Shown: positions 39,257 to 52,699 of the stretch, piece by piece
How the letters are laid out: every line of letters begins with the position of its first letter
Numbering within the stretch: position 1 is the first letter of the stretch
DNA from: Eledone cirrhosa
Taxonomy: Eukaryota
Assembly: GCA_964016885.1 (NCBI GenBank)
Contig: OZ024741.1
Span: forward strand, 345,464,001 to 345,528,000
DNA length: 64,000 bases
Direction: 5' to 3'
The notes under the pieces: generated by a model
The model's input: only the letters and a program-made list of their open reading frames with translations
What the model was told of the DNA's origin: nothing
Databases searched by the model: none
Position numbers and translations under genes: made by a program

Positions 39257-40195
39257 ACAATATAGACAGTTTTATAGATAAATAGATTTGACATACTGTT
39301 CAACATCGACTTGTATTTGAAAAAGTTGATTTGGCAGTGAAAAATTGTAAACAGAAAGAAAGAAAGAAGGAAAGAAGGAAAGAAAGAAAGAAAACGAAGA
39401 AAAAGAAGAAAAAAGAAGAAATGCATGCAACAAAATAGAGAGATGGAAAGATAGATAAAGAGAAGAACTTCATGTAAAGAAACAGAGAGAGATATATAGA
39501 GAGAGGAATTAGATATATATATATATAGAGAGAGAAAAGTAGGTAGTTGAACATCCGTTGAATGACGTATCAATGATACATTTATTTATTTATTTATTTA
39601 TTTAGCTCTAGTATTAATGTAAGGGAGATATATGTGGTTAGGAAAGAATACGTGTCTCATTCAGGAATACTGATATTTACATTATAGTGCCTGGTCTTTA
39701 TACGAACTAATATTTCTACATTGAAACATAGGGTTTTTAAATTCTGCCTCGCCTATGTCTGGTTACTTTTCATTTTTCTCTCTATATAACGGCTGGTTTC
39801 TTTCCTAACCATATATATCTCCCTTACATTAATACTAGAGCTAAATAAATAAATAAATAAATAAATGTATCATTGATACGTCATTCAACGGATGTTCAAC
39901 TACCTACTTTTCTCTATATATATATATATATCTATCTATTTCCTCTCTCTCTATATCTCTCTCTGTTTCTTTACATGAAGTTCTTCTCTTTATCTATCTT
40001 TCCATCTCTCTATTTTGTTGCATGCATTTCTTCTTTTTTCTTCTTTTTCTTCGTTTTTTTTCTATCTTTCCTTCTTTCTTTCTTTCTTTCTTTCTTTCTG
40101 TTTACAATTTTTCACTGCCAAATCAACTTTTTCAAATACAAGTCGATGTTGAACGGTATGTCAAATCTATTTATCTATAAAACTGTCTATATTGT

Positions 40196-40259
40196 ATTTT
40201 GTCTGAAGAAGGCATAACATATTGTTAATATGATATCCCTGAAATATATATAATGAAAT
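40196..40259 (+). ncRNA. Type I hammerhead (right arm)
   Basis: ATTTTGT-CTGAAGA-AGG..CATATT GTT AATATG..CCT-GAAA-TATATA-TA-ATGAAAT. Confidence 0.85.
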
Positions 40260-40411
40260 AAATATGGTTTTATAAATATAGTTTCCATTTATTTAATATC
40301 GTAAATATACTCCAAATACTTGTTGAGTGCTTTTATATCAGTTATAAATATTTACTAGTTGTAACCCAACAATTTAAATATAACTTTCCATATATATATA
40401 TATATATATTT

Positions 40412-40527
40412 ACACAGGAGATGGGAATTACCTGGAGAGGTGCTAGAAGGGCCGCCAGTGACAGGATCAAGTGGAGGAAGCTCGTCGCCCAATGTTCCAC
40501 AAGGAACTGGAGGAACTAAGACTAAGA

Positions 40528-40528
<1 letters not shown>
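40412..40528 (+). mobile_element. RTE LINE extreme 3' end with ACTAAG repeat tail
   Basis: EMGITWRGARRAASDRIKWRKLVAQCSTRNWRN* followed by ACTAAGACTAAG. Confidence 0.7.
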
Positions 40529-40568
<40 letters not shown>

Positions 40569-40571
40569 TAT

Positions 40572-40609
<38 letters not shown>

Positions 40610-41649
40610 GTATGCAAATTCTCTCTCTCTGTCTCACACACACACACAAATATATATATACATATGCATATTGATTCTCAACTACTGTAATTGAACAATT
40701 ACATTGGTGGAAAGCACACAAAAAAAAAAAAACCTCTGCTAAAAACACTAAAAAAGCGGTGACATGTAAATAATCAAAATAATCCAAAATGTTGGCCCTG
40801 TCAAAGAATTTGTTGTTATATCTTGGTGAGAAATGTCAAGATGATCATTTTTGCCAGAGGGACACACTTTCAAATGTATGATATTTATTAGACATGGCTG
40901 ATGGTGTTGAAAAAGGTAGGTTTGGATGCAAGCCGACAGCAATCTAAAATCTTAGACTGCTAGGAAAGTAAATTTTAAGAGAACACCGAAATTCTGATAA
41001 GTAGCATACATACCCATATAACGACTACGATGTTAGCTTCCAATGGGCTGTATATCGTTGAACTATGTTTTATCACGGACATGCCGTAGTGAATCACCTG
41101 TATGTTGTTGTGGAGACGTCCCAGAAACTCTATGGTACTATTTATTCCAATGTAGAAACAATCACTCTGAAGTTAATCCATAAAAGAAACAATCACTTTG
41201 AAGTTAATCCATAAAAAACTATAAAGATTGGAGATATAATATATTATCAAAGGTCTCCCGACTATAAGCAACATCCTTGAGAACATGAAGGTTACGAAAA
41301 TATTAAACAATACAAACCTTTAGCTATCCTTTGGTATCCTTTATTCTTTATTTTCCTTTTCATGCTTCTTCTGCCTCCCGTTAACTTTCACCTTATTTTT
41401 ATCTCTCTGTCTATCCTGTTTTTTTCTTAACTGTAAGGGGCTCTAGATACCTCACCTAGACTGTCATGGCTTATAAGCTCTATATGAACCTTCAAATAGA
41501 TTAAATGAATAACTCGATAAAAATACAGAAAAAGTAACAGAAATCTCATTTTCTTTTTAAATTTTTCATGTCAAACTATCGTTACCTGATGCTGTCAAAA
41601 CATTTGTCAATTTTATTGAGATTCGGTGTAGGTTTTGAAAGCATTGTGA

Positions 41650-41955
41650 CATAATTTTAGTTGATTGGAAGGCCAAACACTATATAATAAAGAATTAAAC
41701 GTAGTATTTTATTCAAAAATGTTTTCAGTCTAAAAGACTATCATCGGTGACTATAAAATATATAATCTATTCTTTTAGCTTCAAACAGCTTTGAGGATGA
41801 TTTTAAGCTTATGCTTTTTCAGACTTCGACCGATAAGACAGAAATAGATATTATATTCCCCGATGAAAGTCTTTTAAACTGAAAAAGTATGAATAAAACA
41901 CTGCCTTTAATTCTTTATTACGAATATTTTGGCCTTTCAATCAATGAAACTTATT
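41650..41955. repeat. Old diverged inverted repeat with degenerate hammerheads (CCGATGA..AGTC TTTT..ACT GAAA)
   Basis: Arms ~41650-41738 and ~41858-41955; a related copy is at ~51175-51400. Confidence 0.6.
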
Positions 41956-42389
41956 ATTTTGTCAATTTATTAGAAACCAAGCGTAGTTAGAAATGTGCCT
42001 ATAAATTGTAAGTACATGTGTTAATGTAACTAAGTGCACATCCATGTATGTAGCAGCCAACGGTAACAGCACGAAGCCACTAAATTGTCATTATCGTCTG
42101 TAAACTAGAATATGAACAACGGAATACTAGAGTCTTTATAACTTCGTCATTACTTCCGTCGTTAGAAAGCATTGGCGACTCTAGTAGCGGTAATATGTTT
42201 ACAAATGCTACTCAACTATCTCTCATTAATGTAAACAGCAAAACAGCAAAACTGTCGCCATACATATGCAGAGAAACCTGTATCTCTCGGATATGGCTAC
42301 TTTAAGATATTTATTCAACATTGGCTTCGGATATTACAAAGCTATTAAAATGCTATATAACTCAAACATAAACTTTTTCGTGAGAACGT

Positions 42390-43692
42390 GAGGATAGAGG
42401 AAAGAAGGAGAGGAAAGAAGCAGAGGGAAAGAAAGGTAATGCGAAGGACAGAGGGAAAGGGATAGAAGGAGAAGAATGGAGAGAGAAGGATAGGAATGGA
42501 GAGGGAAAGAGAGGTAAGGTGAGGGAAAGAGAGAGAAAGGGAGGGAAAGAGAAAGAAAGGGAGGGAAAGAAAATAATGGAAAAAGGAGAGGAATGGAGAG
42601 AGAAGGAGAGAGAAGGGGAGAGAAGAGAGAAGGAGTGATAAGGAGAGAGAAGGGGAGAAAAGGGGAGAGAAGGAGAGAGAAGAGGAGGAGAGAGAAGGAG
42701 AGAGAAGGGGAGGAATGGGGAGAAAAGGAGAAGGAAGGGGAGGAATGGAGAGAGAAGGAGAGGGAAGAGGAGGGAAGGATAGGAATGGAGAGAGAAGGGG
42801 AAGGAAGGAGAGAGAAGGAGAGAGAAGGAGAGAGAAGGAGAGGAATGGAGAGAGAAGGAGAGAGAAGGAGAGAGAAGGAGAGAGAAGGAGAGAGAAGGGG
42901 AGGAATGGAGAGAGAAGGGGAGGAATGGAGAGAGAAGGGGAGGAATGGAGAGAGAAGGGGAGGAATGGAGAGAGAAGAAGAGGAATGGAGAGATAAGGGG
43001 AGGAATGGAGAGAGAAGGGTAGGAATGGAGAGAGAAGGGGAGGAATGGAGAGAGAAGGAGAGGAATGGAGAGATAAGGGGAGGAATGGAGAGAGAAGGGG
43101 AGGAATGGAGAGAGGAGGGGAGGAATGGAGAGAGAAGGGGAGGGAAGTGGAGAGAGAAGGGGAGGGAAGTGGAGAGAGAAGGAGAGGAATGGAGAGATAA
43201 GGGGAGGAATGGAGAGAGAAGGGGAGGAATGGAGAGAGAAGGGGAGGAATGGAGAGAGGAGGGGAGGAATGGAGAGAGAAGGGGAGGGAAGTGGAGAGAG
43301 AAGGAGAGGAATGGAGAGAGAAGGGGAGGAATGGAGAGAGGAGGGGAGGAATGGAGAGAGGAGGGGAGGAATGGAGAGAGAAGGGGAGGGAAGTGGAGAG
43401 AGAAGGAGAGGGAAGTGGAGAGAGAAGGAGAGGAATGGAGAGATAAGGGGAGGAATGGAGAGAGAAGGGGAGGAATGGAGAGAGGAGGGGAGGAATGGAG
43501 AGAGAAGGGGAGGGAAGTGGAGAGAGAAGGAGAGGGAAGTGGAGAGAGAAGGAGGAATGAAGAGATAAGGGGAGGAATGGAGAGAGAAGGGGAGGAATGG
43601 AGAGAGGAGGGGAGGAATGGAGAGAGAAGGGGAGGGAAGTGGAGAGAGAAGGGGAAGGAAGTGGAGAGAGAAGGGGAGGGAAGTGGAGAGAG
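42390..43692. repeat. Polypurine minisatellite, ~20-bp unit AGGAATGGAGAGAGAAGGGG
   Basis: Direct inspection. Confidence 0.92.
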
Positions 43693-43771
43693 ACAAAAAC
43701 AACATTTTGGCGACTTTGTGTAGGTTTAGATCTTACCAGTGACGTAAATGAGGTGAAGAAGTAGAATAAGA

Positions 43772-44603
43772 ATTTCTAGTATAGACACAAGGCCAGTAAT
43801 TTGAGGGGAGGGGAAAGTCGATTAAATCGATTCCAGTACGTTACTCGTACTTTATTTTATCGACCAGGTAAGTATGTAAGGGACTGAGTGCTTGAAATAG
43901 ATTCTGTGAATGGATAGAGAGAAATAATGAGAGAAAGATACAAAGGAGTGAGAAGATGCAGAACAGAATGATAATTGTTTCTACTTTTGGCACAAGGCCA
44001 GCAATTACCTCAGTGTATTACTGGTATTTTATTTTATCGACCCCGTAAGGATGAAAGGCAAAATTAACCTCGGTCGGATTTGAACTCAGACTGTAAAAGG
44101 CCATAACTCTATGCTGCAAAGCATGGTGTCCGACTCTACCGATACTGCCAATCCACCGCCTTTTAAAGTTTCTACTTTTGGCACAATGCCAACAATTACC
44201 CAGTGCATTACTGGTACTTTATTTTATCGACCCTGTAAGGATGAAAGGCAAAGTTACTCTCGGCGGGATTTGAATATAATGATATATATATATATATATA
44301 TATATAAGGCAAAGTTAACCTCGGCGGATTTGAACTCAGAACGCAAAGGGCCATAACTCTATACTGCAAAGCATGGTGTCTGACGCTCTACCGATACTGC
44401 AAAACACTAAATTGGATTAAAAATAATTGTTTCTACTTTTGGCACAAGGCCAGCAATTACCCAGAGCATTACTGGTACTTTATTTTATCGACCCTATAAG
44501 GATGAAATGCAAAGTTAACCTCGGCTGGATTTGAACTCAGAATGGCAAGGGCCGTAACTCTATACGTCAAAGCAAGACATCCGACCCTCTACCGATACTG
44601 CCA
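43772..44603 (-). mobile_element. Cluster of 4-5 co-oriented tRNA-SINE family A copies
   Basis: Copies at ~43772, 43972-44160, 44168-44400 (interrupted by TA) and 44424-44603. Confidence 0.85.
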
Positions 44604-45539
44604 AATCTTATATTTAAATGCTTCTTTCATCAAGTTTGACTAATATTTGTACAGAATATTTGACCTAACATTAATACTGCACACCTGCAAAAATATGTGC
44701 ATTTATTGAGTGCATTCCGAGCCAAGCTAACATTGTTTATTTATATTCAAGTTATATTTAAAGTTATGTTAATGCTTCTAGAATTAGTTCTCTTAGCAAA
44801 TGTCGGATTCACAAACTTTCCAAACACTAAATTCGCATCCATTTTATAAATGGAAAGATTGTGAATTTATTTTTTCGGCACTAATCATAAAATCAGGAGA
44901 GCATATTTGCATACACATTGATCTTGTGTTAATGGATTATCAAAACAAAACCTCAAAGGACATGAAAATATATTATGTTATTACTGAATTACCCCCCACC
45001 CCGTCATTATTCTTCAAATGAAATTTCTTCCAATTGAAAATTAGAAACAAGCTGTCGATTTAAATTGTTTTCTGATATTTCACATTCTGTATTTTCCCTC
45101 CGAAATTCTGACAAAATTCCAGTAGCATTTCTAACATTTTAATCCAGCTCGTTACTGCCTGGCGAAACTCAATGGAAATATCAATTTCTAAGACTGGGAT
45201 ATAAATTTAAAACGTGTGGTGAAGCAAGTTAAAAATACTTATGTGAGTCGAGTGCTTCTTTGGTTTGAGTAACTTAAGTATCGCGGACATATAGTTACCA
45301 TTGGCTGAGATGTTTTAATTCAAGATACTTTGCTACTTTTCAATTGTTGCTGTGTTTACTCAAGATGTCTATTCAGTTAATCAACAAAACGCCACAGTCC
45401 TGAATGAATAACACGAAAGAAGAAAATATATGTGCATGGTTATTGATAAAATCATATATAACCAATTAGAATTTAATATGATGAGCCTGACAGTATTACT
45501 ATGAAGCATTTTGAAGACTGTTAGGAGGAATTTAATACA

Positions 45540-45820
45540 AGATTTAGCATTCTGGCGCCTAAAACACGCACACAATCTAGCATTCTGTCATCTACGACAG
45601 GCACTTAATCCAACATTCTGGCGTCTAAGACACAAGATCTAGCATTCTGTCATCTACGACAGGCACTTAATCCAACATTCAGGCGTCTAAGACATGCACA
45701 AAATCTAGCATTCTGTCATCTACGACAGGCACTTAATCCAACATTCTGGCGTCTAAGACACAAAATCTATCATTCCGGCGTCTAGAACAAGAACAAAATC
45801 TAGTATTTTGGCGTTTAGGT
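45540..45820. repeat. Minisatellite, ~60-bp unit made of two ~30-bp subunits
   Basis: ATCTAGCATTCTGTCATCTACGACAGGCACTTAATCCAACATTCTGGCGTCTAAGACAC three times, plus degenerate subunits. Confidence 0.85.
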
Positions 45821-46374
45821 TTCTGTTCCGTTTCGAGAGATCTCCCATCAATTTCATTTAAGTTCTTGAGGGGAAGCTTATTTCATTGATTAGCTTGGCG
45901 AACTCAAATTTTGATTATGTTAATTTCTTGGTCTCATGAACTTTCAGGCCTAGAACCCCTGCATACTTCAACCATAGACCCCCATAATATTTTCTTGTTG
46001 CCTTAGCAAACAATAATTTGTTTGTGTTTATTGTATTTTCTGCTCAATATACATATCCGATATATTTGAGGTGTTGTGCATTGATAGAGCTTCGTAAGGA
46101 GTGGGTGGGTCTGGACAATATTTTGTATTTCTGTACAAAATCTAGCATCTTGTCGTCAAGGACAGGCACACAATCTATGGTTCTACCGGTGTCTACGACA
46201 ATCGCAGCTGACTCCTATGACAAGTACAGCAAACTTCTATAACAAGTACAATTATTTTCCTAGACCAACACAAACACAGCTGGCTTCTACAACAAATACG
46301 GCTTCTCTCTAACACAAGTGTGGCTGATTTCTCTGACAAGTGTTGTTAGCTTTTACGACAATCACATCTTATAA

Positions 46375-46600
46375 CAGGCATGGGCAACCTTTTTCGAGAA
46401 GCGGGCCGCATGTGATATGGCTCATCATCAGGCGGGCCGCAAGCGCTAATTTACATTCGTGCCCACATTAAAAAAGGGTGGTAACTCAGGTTGTTTTGAT
46501 TTGTTTCTTCAGAATTCGTACACGTTGTTTTACTCGATCGTAAAAATGATAGAAAGATAAATTACGACTGAAAAGTTGGGGCAAAAACATCAGAAATATT
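46375..46600 (+). mobile_element. hAT-Charlie-like left end
   Basis: CAGGCATGGGCAACCTTTTT...GCGGGCCGCATG...GCGGGCCGC. Confidence 0.5.
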
Positions 46601-46699
46601 TCACTTAGGTGATTTAAGCGAGCCATTCAGAAAGCTTCGCGGGTGCCCATGATTGTCTTATAACATTCCTGTTATAGAAAGTTTTGACAGTCACGTGAA

Positions 46700-47650
46700 C
46701 CATGTTCATTATTTTCATGAACAGGATTGACATGCGCAGCGGCGTTGGAAATGGCATCACAACTGGCAAGTGTAAAATCAGTAGGCTTAAATTTGCAGAA
46801 GACATGGTGTTACTTAACTCGACATAAGGTTATATTCAACTTGCACCTGATAGGTTTGATGCCAAATGCTGCATGGCTGGAATGAAAATCAGTACTGCAT
46901 AAACTGAGACTCGTCCTCTCAAGGAAGCCTGCTCAGTACACTCTACATGTAAATGGAGTTCCACTGAAACTGGTAGAGTAGTTCAAGTATTTCGAAGCCG
47001 TGTTCACGAGTGATGGAAGGCAGGAGGCTGAATTAAGTGCAAGAATTTCAGGAGCTGGTGCAGTAATGTGCCAGCTTTGTCATTCAGTAATCAGAAAAAG
47101 GGAGGTAGGTGTAAAAGCCAAACTTGCTATCTTCAAATCGGTATTTGTGCCAACCCTTACCTATAGTCATAAATCTTGGGTAATGGCCGAAAGAATACGA
47201 TCGCGAATACAAGCGGCCGAAATGGGGTTCCTCAGAATGGTCTTTGGAGTAACGTTACTCATTAAAGTGCGTGGCTCGGAGATCAGAGAGTCGCTCCAGG
47301 TAGAGCTGCTACTTCTCCAAATTGAGAGATCACAGCTCCGGTACTATGAGCATGTGGTTAGAATATCTCAGGAAAGAATCGTTGTCAGATTTTACGGGCA
47401 AAAACCAACTGACAGGAGACCCAGGGGTCGAACCCGAGCAAGATGATTGGATAAAATCCAGCAGCTTTGTTGGTCTCGCTTAGGGATCCAGCTGAATTAT
47501 TTGGAGACGGTTACTTCTGACAGGACCCACTGGAAGGAGTGTTTGAGGACTTTATCCCACGACTCCCATCAGAAATTAGAGGGCGAAGAAGAAGAAGAAG
47601 AAGAAGAAGAAGGAGAAGAAGGAGAAGAAGAAGAAGACGACGACGACGAT
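46700..47650 (+). pseudogene. RTE LINE 3' part (RT C-terminus) with (GAA)n tail
   Basis: LKFAEDMVLL..FKY..VFTSDG..KLAIFKSVFVPTLTYSHKSW..IQAAEMGFLR..QLRYYEHVVR..RPRGR. Confidence 0.85.
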
Positions 47651-48189
47651 ACGACGTGCACCATGCTGTTTACCGAGGCTAGAAATTTGACAATGGTTAG
47701 AATTAGAAAGTTGAACAGGGCAATGGAACAAATGCACACTTGACTCACCACAATATCGACTGTGTAGCAGCAGATATCAAAAGAAAGGCATTTTTCTTAA
47801 TATATTTATCTTCCCATTTCACTTCTATACACTTATTTATTTTAACCTCAAGAAGTTGAGGTGAAAATAAATTGGTGAAGTTCTTTGTGCTTCATCATAC
47901 TGAAACCAAATGTTTTAGCCAAATAAAGCAGTTGTTTTTTGCCTATTGTATCTCGTTAAGACAACACACACACATACAGAAACATGCGCACGTGCGCACA
48001 CACACATATCTATGTACCTTATATATGGACCCGTAACTCCCGATGGTACCGTAGAGGCACCGTGGTGATGTATGGCGATTCTTGGACGTTTTAGGCTTGA
48101 CAGGGCCTTTCGCCTCTACAAGTCTGAACATTGCAAATTTTTCCAGCGAAGGATAGACAGTGAGAGGGAGGAAGCGAGAAAGAGTTATA

Positions 48190-48352
48190 GAAAAAGAATT
48201 GACTCCACTAATATATGGCACATTTTGTATCGACCACGAAAGAATGAAAGGCAAAGTTAACCTTAAGGGGATTTGAACTCAGAGAGCAGAGAGCCAAAAT
48301 GAATACTGCAAAGCATTCTATCTGACATTCTAAAAACTCTGCCAATTCGCCA
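48190..48352 (-). mobile_element. tRNA-SINE (family A-related)
   Basis: GAATGAAAGGCAAAGTTAACC..GGATTTGAACTCAGA..CTGCCAATTCGCC. Confidence 0.7.
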
Positions 48353-48414
48353 CCTACACACACACACATGCGCATACATCCACACACTCACCTACTCACA
48401 TACGCGCGCACATA

Positions 48415-48464
48415 GAGAGGGAGAGAGAGAGAGGTGGGAGTGAGGGAGAGAGAGAGAGGTGGGA

Positions 48465-48530
<66 letters not shown>

Positions 48531-48679
48531 TGGGAGAGAGGGAAAGAGGGGGAAAGAGAGGGAGAGAGAGATAGAGAGATATATATAGGTGGGAAAGAGA
48601 GAGGTGTGAGTGAGAGAGAGAGAGAGAGATGTGGGAGAGAGAGAGAAAGAGAAAGAGAGAGTGATATGTGGGAGTGAGG

Positions 48680-48711
<32 letters not shown>

Positions 48712-48880
48712 GGGAGAGAGTGGTAGAGAGAGGGAGGGAGAGGGAGAGATGTGGGAGAGAGAGATATGGGAGAGAGAGATGTGGGAGTGCGGGAGAGAGT
48801 GGGAGAGAGAGAGAGAGGGAGAGAGAGGTAGAGATGTGGGAGAGAGAGAGAGAGGGAGGTGGGAGTGAGGGAGAGAGAGA
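48415..48880. repeat. GA-rich low-complexity repeat
   Basis: Direct inspection. Confidence 0.9.
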
Positions 48881-49174
48881 TTCTGACACAGATATGCATA
48901 CATAATATAGTGTTGTATCATTCATTCACTTTCTCATTTCCTTTCCCGTTTTTCATAACCAGCAACATAACAGTTAATTGTTGGTTTTATTTTTTTTCCT
49001 ATTTCCTATTTTCTTCTTCAGAAGCTGAAGGTAATTAATGAATTTCCAGTGTAAGTAATAGCGTGAAGAGATTTCAACTAAAATTACGTATTCCAAATTC
49101 TTTATATGCAAAGAGTTCGTTCCAGCGTATGTAAATTCAATGTGACAAGATAATTTTATTTTCAAAATATGTTT

Positions 49175-49246
49175 ATAATATCGTATGTATACGTACATAT
49201 ATATATGTATACAGATGTACAGTAGTATGTATATACATACATGCAC

Positions 49247-49282
<36 letters not shown>

Positions 49283-49618
49283 GTATGGGTTTACCGAACA
49301 TTTATTATAATGCTCGGTTTGTTTGTAAACAAACAGCCCGAATTAAGCCGTACAGTGTTCGGCAACCATCGTTGCCCTTTTCTTCAACACTGAGAAAGGA
49401 ATGATGAACTAGTTTCTAGTTTATTAGTTGTCATCAGCACTGTATACCTTCCTGTCAGTCGATTGAACGTTTGGAAGTATATACTTTCCTTATGCATATT
49501 AACGGCTGAGCAGCCTAATTTGCATATCGAGTGAGTTAGTCGGCTGGGTGTTAAGAGTGAGAAATGAAATTTCATTTTTTCCATTTATCGTTTTCGATAC
49601 ACCCGGCCGACTAACTCA
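49175..49618 (-). mobile_element. Diverged dispersed monomer of the 16997-18680 retrozyme-like family, with degenerate hammerhead (49401-49443) and terminal inversion
   Basis: Shared TTTATTATAATGCTC..TGTAAACAAAC..GCTGAGCAGCCTAATTTGCATATCGAGTGAG; minus strand ACAGTG-CTGATGA..GAAA-CTAG-TT-CATCAT. Confidence 0.85.
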
Positions 49619-49760
49619 AGGCGTCTCTTAGTGACGTCATTAAAGGGGCGTGCCCAGAAGAAAGAACTCTGGTGTGTCTCACCAGTACATCTCATGAACA
49701 ACTGGAAATTTAATTCATATTTGCCAACTCAAATCTTCAATTTTTTAATGTAGTTGGTAT

Positions 49761-50010
49761 GAAGGCGTATGGCGTAATGGTTAGGGGGCTGGACTTTCGA
49801 TCATAATGTTATGGGTTCGATTTCTGGACTTGGTTGTGTGATGTGTTCTTAAGCAAAACATTTCATTTTACGTTCAAGTATACTGAGCTGAAAATGAGTA
49901 CTCAGAAATGAGTAGCTTGGCGGCTAAACCTGCGATGGACTGGCGGCATGTCCAGGAAGTTGTTATATGCCCTTAGTCACTTAACACCAAGGAAACCGGG
50001 ATAAGCATCG
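49761..50010 (+). mobile_element. tRNA-derived SINE (family B)
   Basis: A-box TGGCGTAATGG, B-box GGTTCGATTTC; homologous to 63483-63730. Confidence 0.8.
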
Positions 50011-50271
50011 ACATTAGCCATTTCTTTTAGATGAAATATAGAAAAAAGATGAAACAAAGCAGATGCGAGCTAAGAGATACTTATTCCTTCACCCAGCAAG
50101 CTCCATAACGTCAGCAATCAAGAATTTTCCTAGATTCACTATCCTAATATATGATCGATAACCAATATATATCAATAATCACTCTTTGTAAAGAATTTGG
50201 AAACATTCTCTTCAGATTGCAGTTTTAAATGTGTTAAGTTATAAAATATTTTGCGGTTGTATTCATCCAAT

Positions 50272-50583
<312 letters not shown>

Positions 50584-50725
50584 TTATATATATATATATG
50601 TGGTTATATGGTCGAGTTAGTCATACCATATATAAAGAAGTAAGTATTAAAATGCCAATTAAATATAATCATGCAATGAGAATCAGGAAATATTAATTAC
50701 TGACTAATATTATTTTAATCATTAG

Positions 50726-50930
50726 GGCGGTGGATTGGCAGTATCGGTAGAGCGTCGGGTATCATATGCCTTGTAGTATAGAGTTACTGTCCTTTACGTT
50801 CTGAGTTCAAATCCTGCCGAAGTTAGCTTTGCCTTTCATACTTACGGGGGTCCATAAAATAAAGCGCCAGTAATACATTTCCCTGGTCCCTTCAAATTGC
50901 TGGCCTTGTGCCTAAAGTAGAAACAATTAT
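50726..50930 (+). mobile_element. tRNA-SINE family A, full length
   Basis: GGCGGTGGATTGGCAGTATCGGTAGAGCG...GAGTTCAAATCC...GTAGAAACAATTAT. Confidence 0.88.
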
Positions 50931-51653
50931 TTTAATTATTCCGCCAAGTACAGGAGATAACTCAAGACATGATTTGGTTTTAATAGATCTTCTCATTGAA
51001 AGATAGATTTCATTGTACCTTTTAGTGTAGTGATGAAACTGTGATTAGTGACCATAGGCAGTGATGAACATAGTGGTGATGTCAGTGGTTTGGCTCAATT
51101 TATTTTAATGGCACACTTAAGTTGGATAGGGAGGCTTTTTTGAAAATTGATAGAGTTTGCAGGAGTTTCAAATGATCGGGAGGTCAAACAATGTTTATGA
51201 ATATTAAATGTAGTATTTTATTCATACATTTTTCAGTATAAAAAGTCTCATCACTGAATAGAAGATCTGTTTTGCTTCTTCACGCCAGGAACCTTTTAGC
51301 GTTAGTTAACTGTCAACAATTGAAAAAAAAGCGTAAGCTTTAGTTGAAGTCATCCTAAAGTGAAACACAAAACAAATCAGATCTTATATTCACTTATATT
51401 TTATTCATTATCACGCGTAGTTAAATTAATATATTGACACAAAGCTTTCAAAAATTGCTTCGAAACTCAATAATATACAGTGTACACCCGGCATTCGCGG
51501 TCCCGGTTATTTGTGAAATTTTCCTTAGAACCTAACTATTAATTGTTCGTGGAAACCACCGCATATTCGTGGAATCGTAAACATCTTCTGCAATATTTTT
51601 ATGGCTTCTGCGATATTTTAATATATTTTTTGACGTTAAATTATTAATAACAA

Positions 51654-51905
51654 CTAGCAAAAAACCACCCGAAGGGTGGTTTTCTGCTAGCATGAGTAGT
51701 GTGTATATTGATATTATACGCAAGTATATATGCATGTAGATATGATACGTCAAATAAAATCGTAATTGACAATATAAACAGAAATTGAATGAAGACTGTG
51801 TTACACTGTCTGATGTAATCAGTAACGTAATCCATGATACATTAAAAAAAGACGATATTATATATAAACTGCATTAGGAGAAAATTAGTGACGGCAATAT
51901 ATGAA
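51654..51905 (-). mobile_element. Helitron-like repeat 3' end (copy 3)
   Basis: Homologous to 4326-4570. Confidence 0.65.
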
Positions 51906-52405
51906 CTGTCTCCCTCCTCACTTTATACCACTACATACCTCACTCTCTCTTACAATTCCTCGTCTCTCACTAGACCACCAAATTCTCTCCCCTCTCTCTA
52001 TATTCCACTACATAACTCAGTCTCTTTCACTCTCTTTATTCCTCCTCTCTCACTAAACCAACAAATACTCTCCCCCTCTCTATATGCCACTACGTACCTC
52101 CCTCTCGCTCACACGCACCCTCTCTCACTAGACCACCAAACTCTCTCCCCCGCTCTATATTCCACTACTTACCTCACTCTCTCTCTCACTCTCACAATTC
52201 CCCCTCTCTCACTAAATTAACAAATTCTCCCCCCTTCTCTATATTCCACTACATACCTCACTCTCTCTCACTCTCACAATACCCTCTCACTAAACCAACA
52301 AATTCTCTCCCGCTCACTATATCCCACTGTATACCTCACTCTCTCTCACAATTCCCCCTCTCACTAGAGCACGAAATTTTCCCTCCCTCTCTATATCCCA
52401 CTACA
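51905..52405. repeat. CT-rich minisatellite (~70-bp unit)
   Basis: Repeated CTCTCACTA(G/A)ACCA.CAAATTCTCTCCCC..TATATTCCACTACATACCTC. Confidence 0.8.
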
Positions 52406-52699
52406 ATATTTTTTTACTTACTTTGAAACAACAAATGTTTTCATCTTCTGTAAAAGAACGACAAAGTTTTCCATCCCCTCCCCACCTTTGAACCCCTGGG
52501 GTGTGGGGAAGATCTTCTTTTTTGGTGGTGTGCTTTGCTGAATTATTTGACAGGAGTTTAAAATATGTGGTGGTGGATGGTCGTGGTTGTGTGGTAGTGT
52601 TGGTAGTAGCGTGGTGGTGGTGGTGTAGAGGGTGGTGGTGGTGGTGGTGGTGATGGTGATGTGGTGTTGTTGGTGGTGTTCGTTTATTTTGAATATATC

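Larger units (their letters stand above)
39151..40390. mobile_element. Non-coding tail-out palindrome (~500-bp arms) with a hammerhead in each arm, in (TA)n
   Basis: Arms 39151-39648 and 39798-40301; right tail extends to 40390. Confidence 0.9.

Noticed and set aside
40760-41480. Possible decayed L1-like 3' end with Cys-rich motif
   Set aside because: Too degenerate to support by eye; would need tBLASTn against LINE ORF2 proteins
42362-43723. 447-aa and 376-aa ORFs
   Set aside because: Translations of a purine minisatellite that lacks stop codons
45540-45820. Repeat-spacer-like 30-bp alternation
   Set aside because: The putative spacers are themselves repeated; ordinary minisatellite
49761-49835. 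Possible tRNA gene (also 63483 and 50726)
   Set aside because: A and B boxes are present but there is no acceptor stem or cloverleaf, and the sequence continues into a SINE body
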